This document shows positions 1-13,914 of a stretch of DNA of 64,000 nucleotides, in pieces. How positions within the stretch are numbered: the first letter of the stretch is position 1; each line of letters starts with the position of its first letter. A program made the translations under genes and the position numbers. The notes under the pieces were generated by a model, which saw nothing but the letters and a program-made list of their open reading frames with translations, had not been told where the DNA came from and made no database searches. This DNA is from Sminthopsis crassicaudata (lineage: Eukaryota), in NCBI RefSeq assembly GCF_048593235.1, contig NC_133622.1, positions 78,864,001-78,928,000 on the forward strand, in the 5' to 3' direction.

Positions 1-1043
1 AACATCACCACTAAATCAGCAGAAAGAGCCTGGAGACCTCTAGGTCAGAGACTCAATAAAACTACAAATAAGCAAATTATTATCGTCTCCAAAACAGTAA
101 AATAAAGTACTTGGATATGAAGCACAGACATTTATATGTACAATACTGAGCAAGGAAGAAATAGAATGAAAGGAATGCTGTAATCATACAAATCTCAGAA
201 TGTTATTCAATTCAATTACCATTTATTAAGTTCTTGCATGCTAAACACCACCTAGCTGCCAAAGGAGGGACAAAACTCAATCCTTGTATTTGTATGGCTT
301 ATCCTAGGGAAGGCTGGAATCAGGAAGAGAATGAGAAAATGGCAGAGGAGAGAAGGAAGTAATTTATTCCTAGTTAGTATATGACTAATATAGTGATATA
401 GAAAGTAAGTGGATGGAAGTGATGGAAGATTCCTAGCCATTATAGTGAATAACAAATGAGCTACAGTTCCCAGTGAATAATCGTTGCTTGATTGTTGCCA
501 GGACCATGAAAATTGGATATCCCATTATGCTCTTCAGGATAAACGTGATTAAACTTAGAGTGAGAGTAGTTTAATTTAGAGTAAAACAAAATAGCAAGTA
601 GTTTTTTGATTTGTTCACTACATTGGAAAACTAACTTTTTTTTTTAAACTACAGAAACTCAATCTGATTCCATTTGGCATACAATTTGCTGTTTTTATAA
701 AGTAACCCAATATTATTCAATATTCCTAAAAGATAGTATCAACAGCAAAATATCAGATAACATATGAAAAGAGTAAAATTTGTTTTATGCCAGGTTTTCA
801 TATAACATGATATTCAACTACAAATTTTCATTTTTGATCTCTCTGCTCGAAATAAACTGCTTTTCATTCATAATATATTTTCAGAAGAGGGGAATACAAT
901 TTTTAGAATATGTTTGTTTATGATACCACATTTGTCTAGTTGCTTCTCAAAGAAAAAAAAAATCTCCTTCAATAGCATTCATTAAAAAGTTTTATTGATG
1001 AAGATAGATACTGCCTAAAATGAAAAAACAATATATTTATCAT

Positions 1044-1377
1044 TGTTAGGATTACAAGGTGAGAACTCAGGTTGTCTGGACAGTTCTGTGGCTCAGAATT
1101 CACACCTTTGTTTCGGCCTTTAAAGGGAGTTTACACCTTTGGAATTCGGAGAGAGCAAATTCATTGGTTGAAGCAATTTCTCACAAGCCCTCTTGAGTTC
1201 TCACAACAATCTCTGCTAGGGTAAAAGAGGAGGGCAGGAGGGCAAGGAGTTAGTCGAGTCTGGGACAGAGTTGGGACAGCACTCTGGAGGAAGAAGAGAG
1301 TAGTCTGGGGTTGAGTTGAGATGGCAGTACCCCAAGGACAACTTAGAGACAGACCTTTACAATTCAAGAACTTTACA
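1044..1377 (+). mobile_element. Solo ERV LTR (334 bp) with 6-bp TSD
   Basis: Starts TGTTAGGATT and ends TTTACA. Flanked by TATCAT at 1038-1043 and 1378-1383. Shares its 5' start and 3' end with 56361-56712. Confidence 0.8.
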
Positions 1378-1611
1378 TATCATGACACCACTTCAGATAT
1401 CATTGTCAAAGAAATCGTGACTCTAAATAATTTTAAAAACCACAGCTGAATATGGCCTACATAAAAGAAAAACTTAATGGCCACCATCTTTCATAATCAA
1501 TGTAATGTTTTAACAGGTACATACAGTCAGATAACAGTGCAATATGAAAACTGAACATGAAGGTGTTGGTTATCTTTCTCCCAAAGTTACTACTGAAATA
1601 AAAAGAAGAAA

Positions 1612-1747
1612 GGGCAACTAGATGGCCCAGTGGATGGCCCTGAAGTCAGGAGGACCTGAGTTCAAATGTGGTCTCAGACACTTAACACTTCCTAGCTGTG
1701 TGCCTCTGGATGAGTTACTTAACCCCAATTGCCTCAGGGGAAAAAAA
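1612..1747 (+). mobile_element. Marsupial tRNA-derived CORE-SINE (WSINE1-like)
   Basis: GGGCAACTAGATGG head, B-box-like GAGTTCAAAT, core ctagctgtgtg..agttacttaacccc and an A-rich tail. Confidence 0.85.
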
Positions 1748-1823
1748 GAAAGGAAGGAAAAGAAATAGAAGAATTAAAAACTTCAAACTCAACAAACACA
1801 AATACAACTGATAAGATCTTCAA

Positions 1824-2493
1824 TGTTGGGTGTGGTTAACAGGGAGAAACTGAAGAACTGATAAAAATTAATCTCTGAGGCAGGTAGGGAGAAGGCACAG
1901 ACAACAGAAATCAGTTTAGCTCAGGTAGGTCCTACCATTCAAAAATCCAAATTATGTCAAACTCCTGAGTTCCATCTTCTGTCTACACCTGGCCATACCC
2001 TGTCAGAAATCCCAGTCCAAAAGGATTTTTTTTTCCCTCCCCTATGGGCCATGGTTGCTGCTTTCCTTTGGCTCAGTCCACCACAACATTCTATCTCTTG
2101 TTATCTTTCCCCTGCCCCTTCTGCCATGCCATATGGTTTCTCCTGAACCCACTTCTCCTTATGGCTAGCTAACTCATTTAGGGTGTTAAGTCCCTTTCAG
2201 GATTTAGCCTGCCAGGTAAGCACATGTCCCAACCTCATGGGATATCTCCTTTCTCCTGGTAAATGGTAAGTTCCATAGGAAACTTGTCTTTTTTACCATT
2301 AATTATTAAAACCCCTTTCTATGCTGTCCTGCCATATTTTTTAAATTTATCATTCCCTGTGTCTGTTGTATCCCTTTCATTTGTCTGTTCCCCTAAGTAA
2401 ATCTACCTTTTGACAAAGAGAAAGGCCAGTGTGAACTCTTCACATGTCCTAATCCCAACTTTTGGTGCCTAACATCATCTGGTATCTACATCA
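1824..2493 (+). mobile_element. Probable solo LTR, ends approximate
   Basis: TG-like start, ends ...CACCTACATCA. Its 3' ~110 bp match the reverse complement of 2750-2860. No clean TSD found. Confidence 0.55.
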
Positions 2494-2749
2494 CCTACAT
2501 CACAACCAAATAATTACAAAACGCAATTCAGTACTTTGAAAAGAAAGGAGTACAAAAAGAAAGCAAGAGTCAATAATTTCACACTTCTTATAACTGACTC
2601 CCCATTTCCCAATGCCATAAGATTGACTGTACCACATTGGCTAAAATAACCACCATAGCTTTCTAATGGTCTTAATTATTGAAAGAAAAAAAACCAAGGA
2701 AACCCATAACAGTTCAATATATAAGAAACAAGAAAGCACAAAGCAGTAG

Positions 2750-3197
2750 TGATGTGGTAGATGATGTGATTTAGGAGACGCATCAAATGTTGAGGTTTGG
2801 TCATGGGAAGAATTCCCAATGGCCATTCTCTTTGGCAAAAGGTTTATTTAGAAGAGGTTACAGACAAATGAATGCATACAATAGACATTAGGAGGAAATA
2901 TGAAATAGAGTTGGGAGAGCAAATAGCAAGGAAAGTTTTCAACAATTAATGATGGAAAGGACAAGTTCCCTAGTGCAATTTACAATTAGCCAGGAGAAAG
3001 GGAACACTCTATGTTGGAGTACATCATTAGCTGGCAGCACACTAAAAAAGTTAGATAGCTATAAGGGCATGGTAAGGGTTGGAGGAGAGATAACATGAAG
3101 CATGGGGGGAGGGGAGGGGAGGAGAGATATAGCATGGAGTGAAGAGAGAGGAAAGATCTCACCCAGTTAATGAGGGCCTCATCAATAGCAAATTTCA
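2750..3197 (-). mobile_element. Probable solo LTR related to 1824-2493, inverted
   Basis: Plus strand begins TGATGTGG and ends TTTCA. AATAAA on the minus strand at 2843-2848. The 3' end is homologous to that of 1824-2493. Confidence 0.55.
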
Positions 3198-3826
3198 TAA
3201 AAGGGGTAAAAAAAATGTTCTTAAGATGAAATAAAGACTATTAAATTCTATAACCTTATGCTAATTATTAAATTAATAAATTTAATGAATTATGTCAAAA
3301 TTTCTATATTCATGACTTCAAAGCATTCAGAATCAAAAAGGTTCATCTAGTTCAAAAAAGGAAACTAAGATACAGAGAGGGGAAGGATTGTAAAGTTATC
3401 AGACAGGAATTATGCATAATTCTCTGAAATGTTTTTGAATTTTGGGAGAAAATTAGCAAGAAAATATTAGCAATATTATTAATAGTTAACATTTACATAG
3501 CAAGTTTTACAAAGTGTTTTTTGCATAAGTTATCTCATTTGAAACCATGTAGCTTTCAGAGTATCTCTAAATTGTATAGTACTACAGGAATATAAGCAAA
3601 TTAATGAAGCATTATATCAGGTAACTTTACTGCATCAACAAAATTTGCTCATCAATTACCCCCCCCCCTCTCTCTCTCTCTCTAATAATAATAATATATC
3701 CCTTGCTTTTCTTGATTAGATAAGAAGAAATTGAATATCTAACCTTTTGGCCCATTTTCCTTCCTTCCTCCTTTTCTCCATATAAAGCATAGTTTGATGT
3801 CTGTCTGTCTCGTCTGTCTCTCCTTC

Positions 3827-3828
<2 letters not shown>

Positions 3829-3863
<35 letters not shown>
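3829..3863. repeat. (GT)n microsatellite, ~17 units
   Basis: Read directly. Confidence 0.98.
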
Positions 3864-3865
<2 letters not shown>

Positions 3866-4130
3866 CTACTCTGGGGGTTGCCATTCTGTCTTTCCACCTG
3901 CAACTTCCCTTAGTATCTGGGGAATTTACACAGTGAAACATCCCTTCAGGCCTTTGTCCTATTGGTGGGGGCCTTCATATTGGGGAACGGTCTCAGCCCG
4001 CTACCTTTCACTCCTGAGTTTATTGGCTAGATTTAAGGACCATCACTTAAATCAAAGCAAATCTGATTCTCATTGTCCACCGATAGGTCCCTGGCCAAGC
4101 TCCATTTGATCATAGTTTGGATCTTGATTG
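3864..4130. mobile_element. Unclassified LTR-like, GC-richer insertion
   Basis: Composition shift with several CCAAT/ATTGG motifs. Termini could not be defined. Confidence 0.3.
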
Positions 4131-4239
4131 ATTAAATTACATTAAATGTAAACAGCAATCATTTCTGCTTTGGCCAGATATCCTGAGGATATTCTCCCCC
4201 AGATTCATTTATTTGGATTTTTTTTTTTTTTTAATTACA

Positions 4240-4537
4240 TGAAAGAGGAGATTTTTTGCCTCAACTGATACCTAGCTTTAATCACGGAATGGGCAGAGCC
4301 TCATCAAACTAAGATCTATCTATTGAAGACTTTAGCTTAAAAAGACCAAGATCTCCCATTTCATCCAGGCCATCTCCAGTCATCCTGATTCATATCTGGC
4401 CACTGGATCCAGAGTTTCAGGAGAGGAAAGTGAAGCATGTGACCTTGGACAATCCTCCCTTCAATCCAATTCACTTGCAAGTTACAGCATCACCTCCCAG
4501 ATGTCTCAATCCTCTTTGAGAACGAAGGACAAACAAG
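4240..4537 (+). mobile_element. Short RTE-related non-autonomous element
   Basis: Ends CCTCTTTGAGAACGAAGGACAAAC, an RTE-type 3' tail like the one at 43512-43553 on the minus strand. The body resembles the 5' part of the RTE at 45860-45960. Confidence 0.6.
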
Positions 4538-4599
4538 ATGACTACTAATTATCTAGACCCTGAGCACTTTCTCTCCACAAACTGACTTTTTAACTACCT

Positions 4600-6080
4600 T
4601 TGTCTATTTTCTTTCCTGATGATCAAGCTCTTGAAAGCAAAGAACAGCCTTCTGTTTACTTATATTTGTATCTGAACTCACAGTGGGAGGCATGGAGTAA
4701 TAGCTTAAGGAATGCTGTTTACCTACCTGGCCAGTCATTTAACCCTCTTTGCCTGACTTCCTCAACCTCTTCTGAGAAGAAAATGGCAAACTACTGAAGT
4801 ATCTCTAACAAAAAACTCCCTTTAGGGTCAAGATATGACTGAGAAACACAATAGCAGCAGCAATCTTAACAGGATGTCCAGTTCAAGATGTTGATTGGAC
4901 AGCTGGAGATGGGAAAGTGGAGGTCAGGAAAGAGGTTAGGGCTGGACAAGAATACACGAGATTCAGGTACTTAGAAATTATCATTGAACCCATGAAAACT
5001 GATGGGGTAATCAAGTAAAACTGTATTGAGGGAGAAGAGAATATCCTGGGAAGATCCCTTCCTACTGAAGGTCCATCAAAGGAGACAAAGGCAAGGCCGA
5101 GAGCAGAAGGGGGCAGTCCATGAAACCTAGAGGATGACCAACATTGTTGAAGGCTGCTGTGCTAGGGTAGCCATGTTGGGAGAGAGGCCAAGAAAGTCAA
5201 TGACTGAGAAAAAGCTATTGGGTTTGGCATGCAAGGGATCATTAGTAATTTTAGATGGACCAGCTTTGGTTGAACAATGAGATTAGAAGCCAGACTGCAA
5301 AGAGTTAAGACAAGAGCATTCTCTTCACTATAACCTGCTGACTGTCTAGATTTCTGAATAAAGAATATAAATTCCTAGCTAAGTTCACATTTTAATTGTA
5401 TGGAAATTTGAATAGAAACCAGTAATCAGAATAAGCCTACAGTCTGGGTTTTTGGAACTGTTAAAGCTGATTACACATGGAATATAATGCTCTTAAAAAT
5501 ATCTTTAAGAGTCCAAGGATAATCAACAGGCTACTCTCCCACATTTCTCAATGATATTAATATTCGTCTCACAGTATTACCTATTTTCCCTATTATCATT
5601 CTAAGTTATGTTCAACTTTCAAATTGTTAAGCTTTCCAACAACCTGAAAATGTTCTTCACTGATGATTTTCACATTTACTGTTTCATTTCTCTATAAATA
5701 TGGTCACACCATGATCTTCATCAACATTCATTACATTACATCACATCACAAACTAAATTCTGGAATTTCTCTGATCATAATCTACTACCCCAAAACTTCC
5801 ATAATTCTACTTATCCCACTTCTTGACTCATTATCAAAAAATGATCTTTATTTTCATGAAGACTTCTAGTCCTTAGATTACATCCCTATTCTATTATTCC
5901 ATCCAAACCAACACCCTCAATATTCAACATCTGATGCAATTTCAGTATCTTCCTTTCACTTTGATTGTGAAAAGATCTTTGAGGCTGCATTTTAGTCCTC
6001 CAAACTAAGTAATCTCCAACATTCACTCATGCCTTGATTGCTGATCATCACTGGACTAACCCGTTTAATTGTGTCCACTG
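4600..6080. mobile_element. Decayed L2 fragments plus a Mar1-type SINE tail (~4730-4863)
   Basis: L2 3'-end-like motifs, and a Mar1-like gaaaatggcaaactact..gactga tail. Confidence 0.5.
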
Positions 6081-6301
6081 AATGTAGCACCAGAAAAGGC
6101 TGATGTTCTTTTATTCTGAATTTAATAAAAATCAAAGAAAACATTTTCATCAACAAAAGAGAAGAGGATGTATGAAAACATGTAACTTTATTACATAGAG
6201 CTTACTTTTTAAAAAAGCATCAATTCATCATGGTATTTTCAAAGCTGTTCCACTAGTCTGTTTACATCTGAATTAACTTCTATTACCTTCTATACATTTT
6301 T

Positions 6302-6739
6302 TAAAAATTTAATAGTTATTATTTACCAGATACATGCATGGGTAATTTTACAACATTGACAATTGTCAAACCTTTTGTTCTATTTTTTCCTCTCCTTGCC
6401 CCCTCCCCCATGACAGGTTGATCAATACATGTTAAATGTGTTAAAGTATAAATTAAATACAATATATGTATACATGTCCAGACAGTTGTTTTGCTGTACA
6501 AAAAGAATCGGACTTGGAATAGTGTACAATTAGCCTGTGAAGGAAATAAAAAATGCAGGCGGACAAAAATAGAGGGATTGGGAATTCTACGTAGTGGTTC
6601 ACAGTCATCTCCCAGAGTTCTTTCGCTGGGTGTAGCTGGTTCAGTTCATTACTGCTCTATTAGAACTGATTTGGTTCATCTCATTGTTGAAAATGGAGCC
6701 ACATCCATCAGAATTGATCATCATATAGTATTGATGTTG
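6302..6739 (-). mobile_element. Young 5'-truncated L1 3' end (~440 bp) with 17-bp TSD
   Basis: ACCTTCTATACATTTTT at 6285-6301 and 6740-6756, an L1 endonuclease-type TT/AAAA site on the minus strand. The 3' UTR sequence recurs on the plus strand at 25609-25770. Confidence 0.88.
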
Positions 6740-8627
6740 ACCTTCTATACATTTTTAAAGAGGTTTCAAAGATCCACTTTTATTTATACTCATTTTAGCA
6801 ACTAACTAGCATCTTTTTGCCCTATATAAAAAGGGAGAAACACAATCTTTGCAGCAAATAAGGGCAGTAAAAAAAAAAAAAAGAAACAAGCAAAAGTCAC
6901 ATCAAAAAATTTATATCCCATTCTATCCACTGGACTCATCAAACCCCTGTAACAATATGGGTAGTATTCATTGTCCTTGGGATTCTAGATTTATATTTAC
7001 TTATTATACTATCAGAGTTCTCTTTCAAAAATATTTTTCTTTATAATATTTATGTTATATAAATTTTTCTGCTGCTCACTTTTACTTTGTAATATAATTT
7101 GATGTAAGGGAAATGAGTGACTTTTTTTTAAAATTCTTGAAATAAAAAGCTAATTGGGTTTTATTAAGTAGCTAACCTTCACTCTATAATCATCTGCCAA
7201 AATTTCTTCAAAATCACTTTCCTCACTTGATATGTTACAATAATTCTTCATATTCATTTACCATAATTTGCCAGCCATTCTCCATTTTATGCATACATTC
7301 ACCCTTAAGTCCTAATTCTTTGCTACTTGAAAAAAAAAAAAAAAAAAAAAAAGCTCCCAAAATTTTTTTAATAAGTACTCTCTTCTTGTTCCTTTGAAAA
7401 TTTTGGGGTATAGGTTTAACAATGGGTCAGTGAATATATACTGTGACTTTGGGAGTCATAATTCCAAACTGTTTCATCTGCAGTTCCAATAATGCATTAA
7501 TATACTAGTTTTCACACAGCCCCTCCAACATGTCATTTTCCTTGTTTAGCATTTCTCTATGTGATTAATACTGTGAAATTTTCCCTTTGAGATCTACCTG
7601 TTAAATATTTTGACCATTAATATTCTCTGTAATGTAATCTTATATACTTTAAACAGTTCTTCATATATCTTGAGTATCAAAGACCATTACCTTAAAAACC
7701 TGATGAAAAGAATCTTTCCTTAGTTAGATTGTTTCTCTTCTAATTTTAATATGACTAACTTTATGTAAAACTTTGAAATTTCATTTAACAAAATGTATCC
7801 ATTATATGTCATATAATCTATTCTATCTATTACCTGGACCGGATCTCTTCCCTATTTACAATTACAATAAACACTTTCTTCCTTGTTTGTTTAATTTATT
7901 TATGATGTGACCTTCCATGCCTAGGTCATGTATATATTTGAAGTTTACATTTTATATGATGAGAAATCTTGGTCTAACTTAATTTATGGTAGACTTCCAA
8001 ATATCCAGGAAATTTGTGTCAATTATAGAGTCCTTACCCAATAGTCGATTATACTACAGTACTAGGTTTGTTTATTTCTCTAAACTATGTATATAATCTG
8101 TTTGACTGATCAGCTTTTCATTTTCTTAGCCAGTATCAAATAGTTTTGATGATGACTGCTTTGTAAGAGTTTGAAATCTTGTATAGTTGGGTTCCCTCTT
8201 CTTCTATAATTTCATTTAAAACCTTGACTTTTTATTTTTCCAAATGATTTAAAAAAAAATCAATTCTATAGCTCTCTAATGTAAATCTAGGGTAGCTTTA
8301 TTAATGTAACATTACTGTTACATATTGGCAAGGCCCAATCATAAAATATTAATGCTTCTCTATTTACTTAAGTATATCTTTATCTCTGTAAAAATTATTT
8401 TGTAGCTATATGGATAGAGTTCCTATATGTATATTGTTAAATCAAATTCTAAAAAGTATATACTTTCTATAGTGACTTGAAATGAAATATTTTTCTGCTT
8501 CTGCTATCTGGCTTTTCTATATATAGGAAGGTTGATATATGCATGGGGAGGAATTTTATAGTCTAGTACATTGGGAAACTGATTAATTTTTTCCAGGACA
8601 TTTTTAGCTGACTCTTTAGAATTCTCT

Positions 8628-9110
8628 GTTGTTGTTTCATCATTAAGCCATGTCTGATTCTTTGTTATACTCCTGGAACGATAAACACCAGACCTTTCTA
8701 AATTCCATGCCTGAGCTCATGTTCATTATTTCATTCACTTTCTCTCTATCTCATCCTCTGTCTTCCACTTCTCCTTTTGCCTTCAATTTTTCCCAGCATG
8801 AGAGTCTTTTCCAATGAGTCATGATTTTTTAGATCTTCCATTCCAGGTGCCTATATAATATTGACTTTGACAGGATCAAACTTTGCTTTTGTCACCTGAC
8901 ACATCTATAGCCAAGTGTCCTTTTGGTTTTGGTCCAATCACTTCGCTCTTTCTGGAATTAAATGTAATTGTCCTCCACACTTCTTAGTGAAAACCTTCTG
9001 ATCTGAGAGCCCTGTCATCCAATGTCATATCTTTTAGGATTTTAATACTGCCCATGGGGTTTCTTGGAAAAGATACTGAGGTGGTTTATCATTTTCATTT
9101 CCAGCAGATC
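8628..9110 (-). mobile_element. BovB/RTE-derived element inserted in L1
   Basis: (GTT)n tail on the plus strand, BovB-like ttttcccagcatgagagtcttttccaatgagtc, and a Mar1-like segment at ~9050-9100. Confidence 0.6.
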
Positions 9111-9766
9111 AGCTTTCCTATATAGACAAAATCATCTTCAAAAAAAGTAATTTTATTTCCTCTTTATTTATGCTTAATTTTTTGAGATTTTTTGTTGTCT
9201 TACTGCTATATCTAGGAAATATTTCTAGCACTATTAACTGAGAGGGATCATAAGAAACACATGTGTTTTATTAGATCTTATTGGAAACCTCTCATTTACA
9301 TATTATATATTATTGGAAAAACCATAATTTGTATATTACATATGCAAGTTACATATGCGAGGCTGGCTAAGTTTTAGGCAGACAGTATTTACTATGGCAT
9401 CATTTATTCTAGGATTTGTATATCATAAAACTGTGAAATTGGCTTATTTGTTGATTACCTTTGTAATCCTGTTTTATTTTAAATATTTTAAAACATAATT
9501 CTGAGGAGTTCAGAGTCTTTCACCACATTGTCAAGGTGTTCTCTGACAGAGGAAAGTTTAAGAATCCCTGATTTATTCTGATGTTTTTTGGTATTTTTAA
9601 ACAAAAATTGGTGTACTGTTTTACAACTAAAACATTTTTGGAACCTACTGACACAATCATGTGATTTTGAGTGTTTTTATTAGCATACTGCCTTATGTTT
9701 TCACAATTAAACCTTCCATATAAACCTTTTATATCACGACTTTGTCAGTTCATGTTTTCAATCTAT

Positions 9767-10060
9767 CACAGGACAGCATAAGAAATTACATGAGAATTTT
9801 GGGGTTGTTTTTGGGAAATCCACAGCTGATATGCAAAGGCCAGCAGATGACAGAGAAAAAGTTAAGAAACTCAGAAATGTGTAAAATATGTGTATAATAT
9901 CAACCCAAATTTTACAATAGGTTCATGAAAGCAAAAATTCAGACTTCTCTGAAAAAGAGGGCCAACAATTTTTACACAGATTTTTTTCAGATCATGAGGG
10001 ACCCGGATCCCACCCCATCCTATCCTGAAGTATAAAAAGCACACTATTTGTCCCAATACA
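9767..10060. mobile_element. Insertion interrupting L1, possibly a Tigger/pogo-type MITE remnant
   Basis: The L1 sequence caatctat..attagggaga is split here. Family assignment is from memory only, and no TIR or TSD was resolved. Confidence 0.35.
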
Positions 10061-13000
10061 GGCCCAACCATGAATCTCATTTGGTAATAATGAGTCTTTT
10101 TTTTTTAAACATTCAATTTAAAATCTGGATCTTGATATGTATTAGGGAGAATGATCTATAGTGTTTTTTTTCCACTCTGCTTTTTTCTTCCCTCCTTCAG
10201 GTATGAAGAACAAATTCTTCATTTAGGAAGGAATTCAATCAGGGTTTTTTCCTCTCCAGATTTTTTCCATATAGTTTATGTAATTCTGTAATTAATTATT
10301 CTTAGGTTATATGGGAGACTTTGGTTGTAAATCCATCTGGTCTGGGGATTCCTTCTATCTTTGGTTGTTCAATTACATATAGCTTATTCATTTTATTTTC
10401 CTAAGATACGTATTATTTAACATGCCTATTTTTCTACTCTTAATTTTAATTTTATATATATTCATATTTACTTTCATTCACTTTTATTGGCAGAGTGAGC
10501 ATTCTGGCAAATAATTGAATAATATTATATATACATATATATGCGCATATATGTATGTATACACATATGTATATCTGGATAACAGAAGACCTCTATGATT
10601 CTGGGCCAAGTGTGTGATCTGTTCCTCAAACTTTTCAAATATTTCTTCTTTCCATTGTTCTCTAACATATAACAATGAAAAAATCCCTTTTGTCTCTCCC
10701 CATTCTTCTCTTCACCCATAAATACTTTCAATTCTTCAAACAAGCCAATCAGAGGTCTCATCATAGAAAGTATGTGAAATTTGTTCGCCTTAACTATGAC
10801 TTTTAGTTCTTGTTTGTTCTCTATACTTGGGCATTTCTATATAAACACTTTAGACTATTAGTTTGATTAATAGTTCCATTCTCCCCCTCTCCCCCCATCT
10901 TGTATTTGAAAGTATCCTATGGTTCTTCTTCTTCCCTCTTTGGGGCTACTTTCTATCATGATATGGGACCCAGAAGGATTGATATCTAAATCCCTACTAT
11001 ATCTTTGTGTCTTTGTTCATCTATATTTTATGAAAATGACCATTGCTCATTGTGACAGAAAGACTTGTTAATCATCATACAAGCATCAAAGATGAAATTT
11101 TGAATGGAGGCCTTAATCAAATTAAGCCTTGATATCAGGAGTTTTTGTTTGTTTAAAAAAACAAAAACAAACAAACAAACAAGCAATTACAATGTTCCAA
11201 AGTGGAGACATCTGCCTAGAAAGAAAACTCTTCAAGTAGAAAGAAGCTCTTCAAGTAGAATGTAGATGTTGAATTACTTAGTATGTTAACAATGGGAGTT
11301 CCTTTTCATTGTTATATATTGGATATGAGCAGTAAGATCTCATCCAACTCTCATAGTCTGTGATTTTTGTCTTCCCCTGCCACTACAGAGTGCACATATA
11401 GAAAAGATTATATGCACAATGCTACAGTTCAGCTTCAAAACATAACCTATATTTTCATATCTCTCTGCTTTGACCAATACAAGATTAAACATGAGAGTTG
11501 AAAATGGAAAGCTGCCTTGTTCAAAGACCTGGGTTTAAGTCCTGTGTTATTATTACCTGTGTGATATGGCCTTGTTTTCATCTTCCAAATTTATAAAAGC
11601 AGAGTTACAATAGATGAACAAGTTATGCTAGTTCCTTTTTAACCTTAAATATTTTATCCTATGATCTACTGCCTATATTTTAAAATTCTTCTCCAAAACT
11701 TCTTACTTAAAATCCTCTTTACCCAGCAAGTATCATTTTTAAGTATTCTCAAATCTCTTTAAAGTGAAATATTAAAATTTAAACTTGGATAATTTTAAAA
11801 CATTAATATCAATCAAAAACAAATAACTCGATAACCTTTTCTAAAATGTTGATGTTTTAAATTCATCATAATTGCAGCATGTTTTTAAAACAGCCCAAAA
11901 GGAATAGAGGAGATCTCTGGGTTCCAGGCTTTAATTTCCAGTGACATTTTAAATTCATCCAACAAGCACATATATCCTAAGATGAAAGCTGCCATAAAAG
12001 TGATCTGAAAGAACCACCATTTCTACTGTGACTGGGACTGTCCCTTACTTTAACAAACTGATTTTATTTTATAATATGGAATGGGGCATTCAAAGCTTCG
12101 CCTGGCATACACAAGACAACCTAAATAATTGAGAGGACAATAAAAAAAAAAAATTCATTCCTCACACTATCTTGAAAGACCACTATAACTCTATTTCACT
12201 GTGATTAAGCAAATAAAAAAAGATGGGTAAAGTCCAAATGTTTATGATTAGATGACTGAAGAACAGTGCTCACAGAACTAGACAAGATGTTACAAAGGAT
12301 ACCCAGAAGAAAACACAGAAAAGAATATATTAACACAGGACTGATAAAGACATTTTACATCTGGGCAAATTAATTTTATACAAATTGGTTGATGGTCAAG
12401 TTACAGTAATCTTCAAGTACTGAAATTATCAAGAACATTTCAACAATGCTTTCATTTAGTGTCATGTCAGCATTCTCTTTGCAACACATCTATCACATAC
12501 TTTAGTAAATTCTACAAGGAGTAAAGGCCATCAAAAAGTATAATCAAAATCTTATTGTATTTCTTTCATGAAAGAGAAATAGGGAATATTATGGGGGGTA
12601 AAGATATGTCACAGTAGCAATCCATACATAAAGCACTATGAAATAACAATTTTACTTTTGGAATGTTGAAGGAATGAGACTAGGTCTTATCTAGGTTCTT
12701 ACAACAGCAATAGAAAAGATACCAAAGTCTTGTCTGAGGATCTCTTGAAATTCTGAGAATGAACTTTACATATAATAAATAAAATATATGCAATAAAAAT
12801 GAACAAATTTGAGATTAAGAAAATTAAAATATGCATAGTTAAAGGTTAGTGATATTGAAAAACTTAATTAGAAAATTCATGAAGAAAAGTTACACTAATA
12901 ATACTGCTTTGGGGGACACAACTTCAGGGCATCAGTCAGGGCATTATGTGAGTAAGTATAATAAAGGCTTTTAAAATTACACATGGCTGTTCTTGAGCAT

Positions 13001-13762
13001 GCTACTGGTTATTAAACTATAGATTCAAGAAATCATTGTCATCAGAGACCTTTGAAGGCCTCAGAGGAGGCGAGCCGGGTAGAGTTGACACTGCAAAGGT
13101 CTGTGCTCAAAGGTACTCTGTTGGGCCTAGGACAGACTAGTAACTGTAACTGCCAGGAGTGCATGTTACAAATTATTTTCCTCTATTTCATGAGTGAATA
13201 TATATATACATACACATATATGCATGTATATACATAAATAGGTAGTATGTTTATTTAACACAAACTTTTCTAGGTTTCATTTCTCAAATGAAAAGCGTTA
13301 TACATCTATAATTATTTTCAAGAAGATTATATACACTTTTTTAATAACCTTCAAATTGGTATCAACTCAATGAAGCCCCACTCCAAATTTTTTTTTTCTT
13401 ATCAATGATTTCACTAAACATGATAAAAGTTTTTCTAACCCTTAAGAACTACAAGCTCTCAGCAGATGATAATCATTAGGCCCCTATCAAAGCTAACCAC
13501 TCAGACTGTACTTATTAGTACATGGTCAGTCTGTTTGGCAACTCTAGTTCACCAGACATATGGCAGTTGCTACCCTCTGAGGTCCAAAGTCAAGTCTTTA
13601 GGGAATCTCATCGTCTGCCTTAAAGAAGCAAAAACTATCCATTAGAGAACACTTCAGAAGATACTTGAAAGATTTCTATTAGAAGCATATAAAACATTTA
13701 ATTATTTCTATAAAATGCTTAAAAGTCCTAGCATAATTAAGTACACTAAAAAGACTAAAAAG

Positions 13763-13914
13763 NNNNNNNNNNNNNNNNNNNNNNNNNNNNNNNNNNNNNN
13801 NNNNNNNNNNNNNNNNNNNNNNNNNNNNNNNNNNNNNNNNNNNNNNNNNNNNNNNNNNNNNNNNNNNNNNNNNNNNNNNNNNNNNNNNNNNNNNNNNNNN
13901 NNNNNNNNNNNNNN
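13763..13914. other. Assembly gap (152 N)
   Basis: Run of N. Confidence 1.

Larger units (their letters stand above)
6090..10760 (-). mobile_element. Old fragmented L1 (3' UTR and ORF2 remnants) with nested insertions
   Basis: T-rich plus strand with L1 ORF2-like antisense motifs. It resumes in register after the insertions at 6302, 8628 and ~9767. Confidence 0.6.

Noticed and set aside
4178-4192. Short palindrome ATATCCT-G-AGGATAT
   Set aside because: A 7-bp arm is expected by chance in 64 kb.
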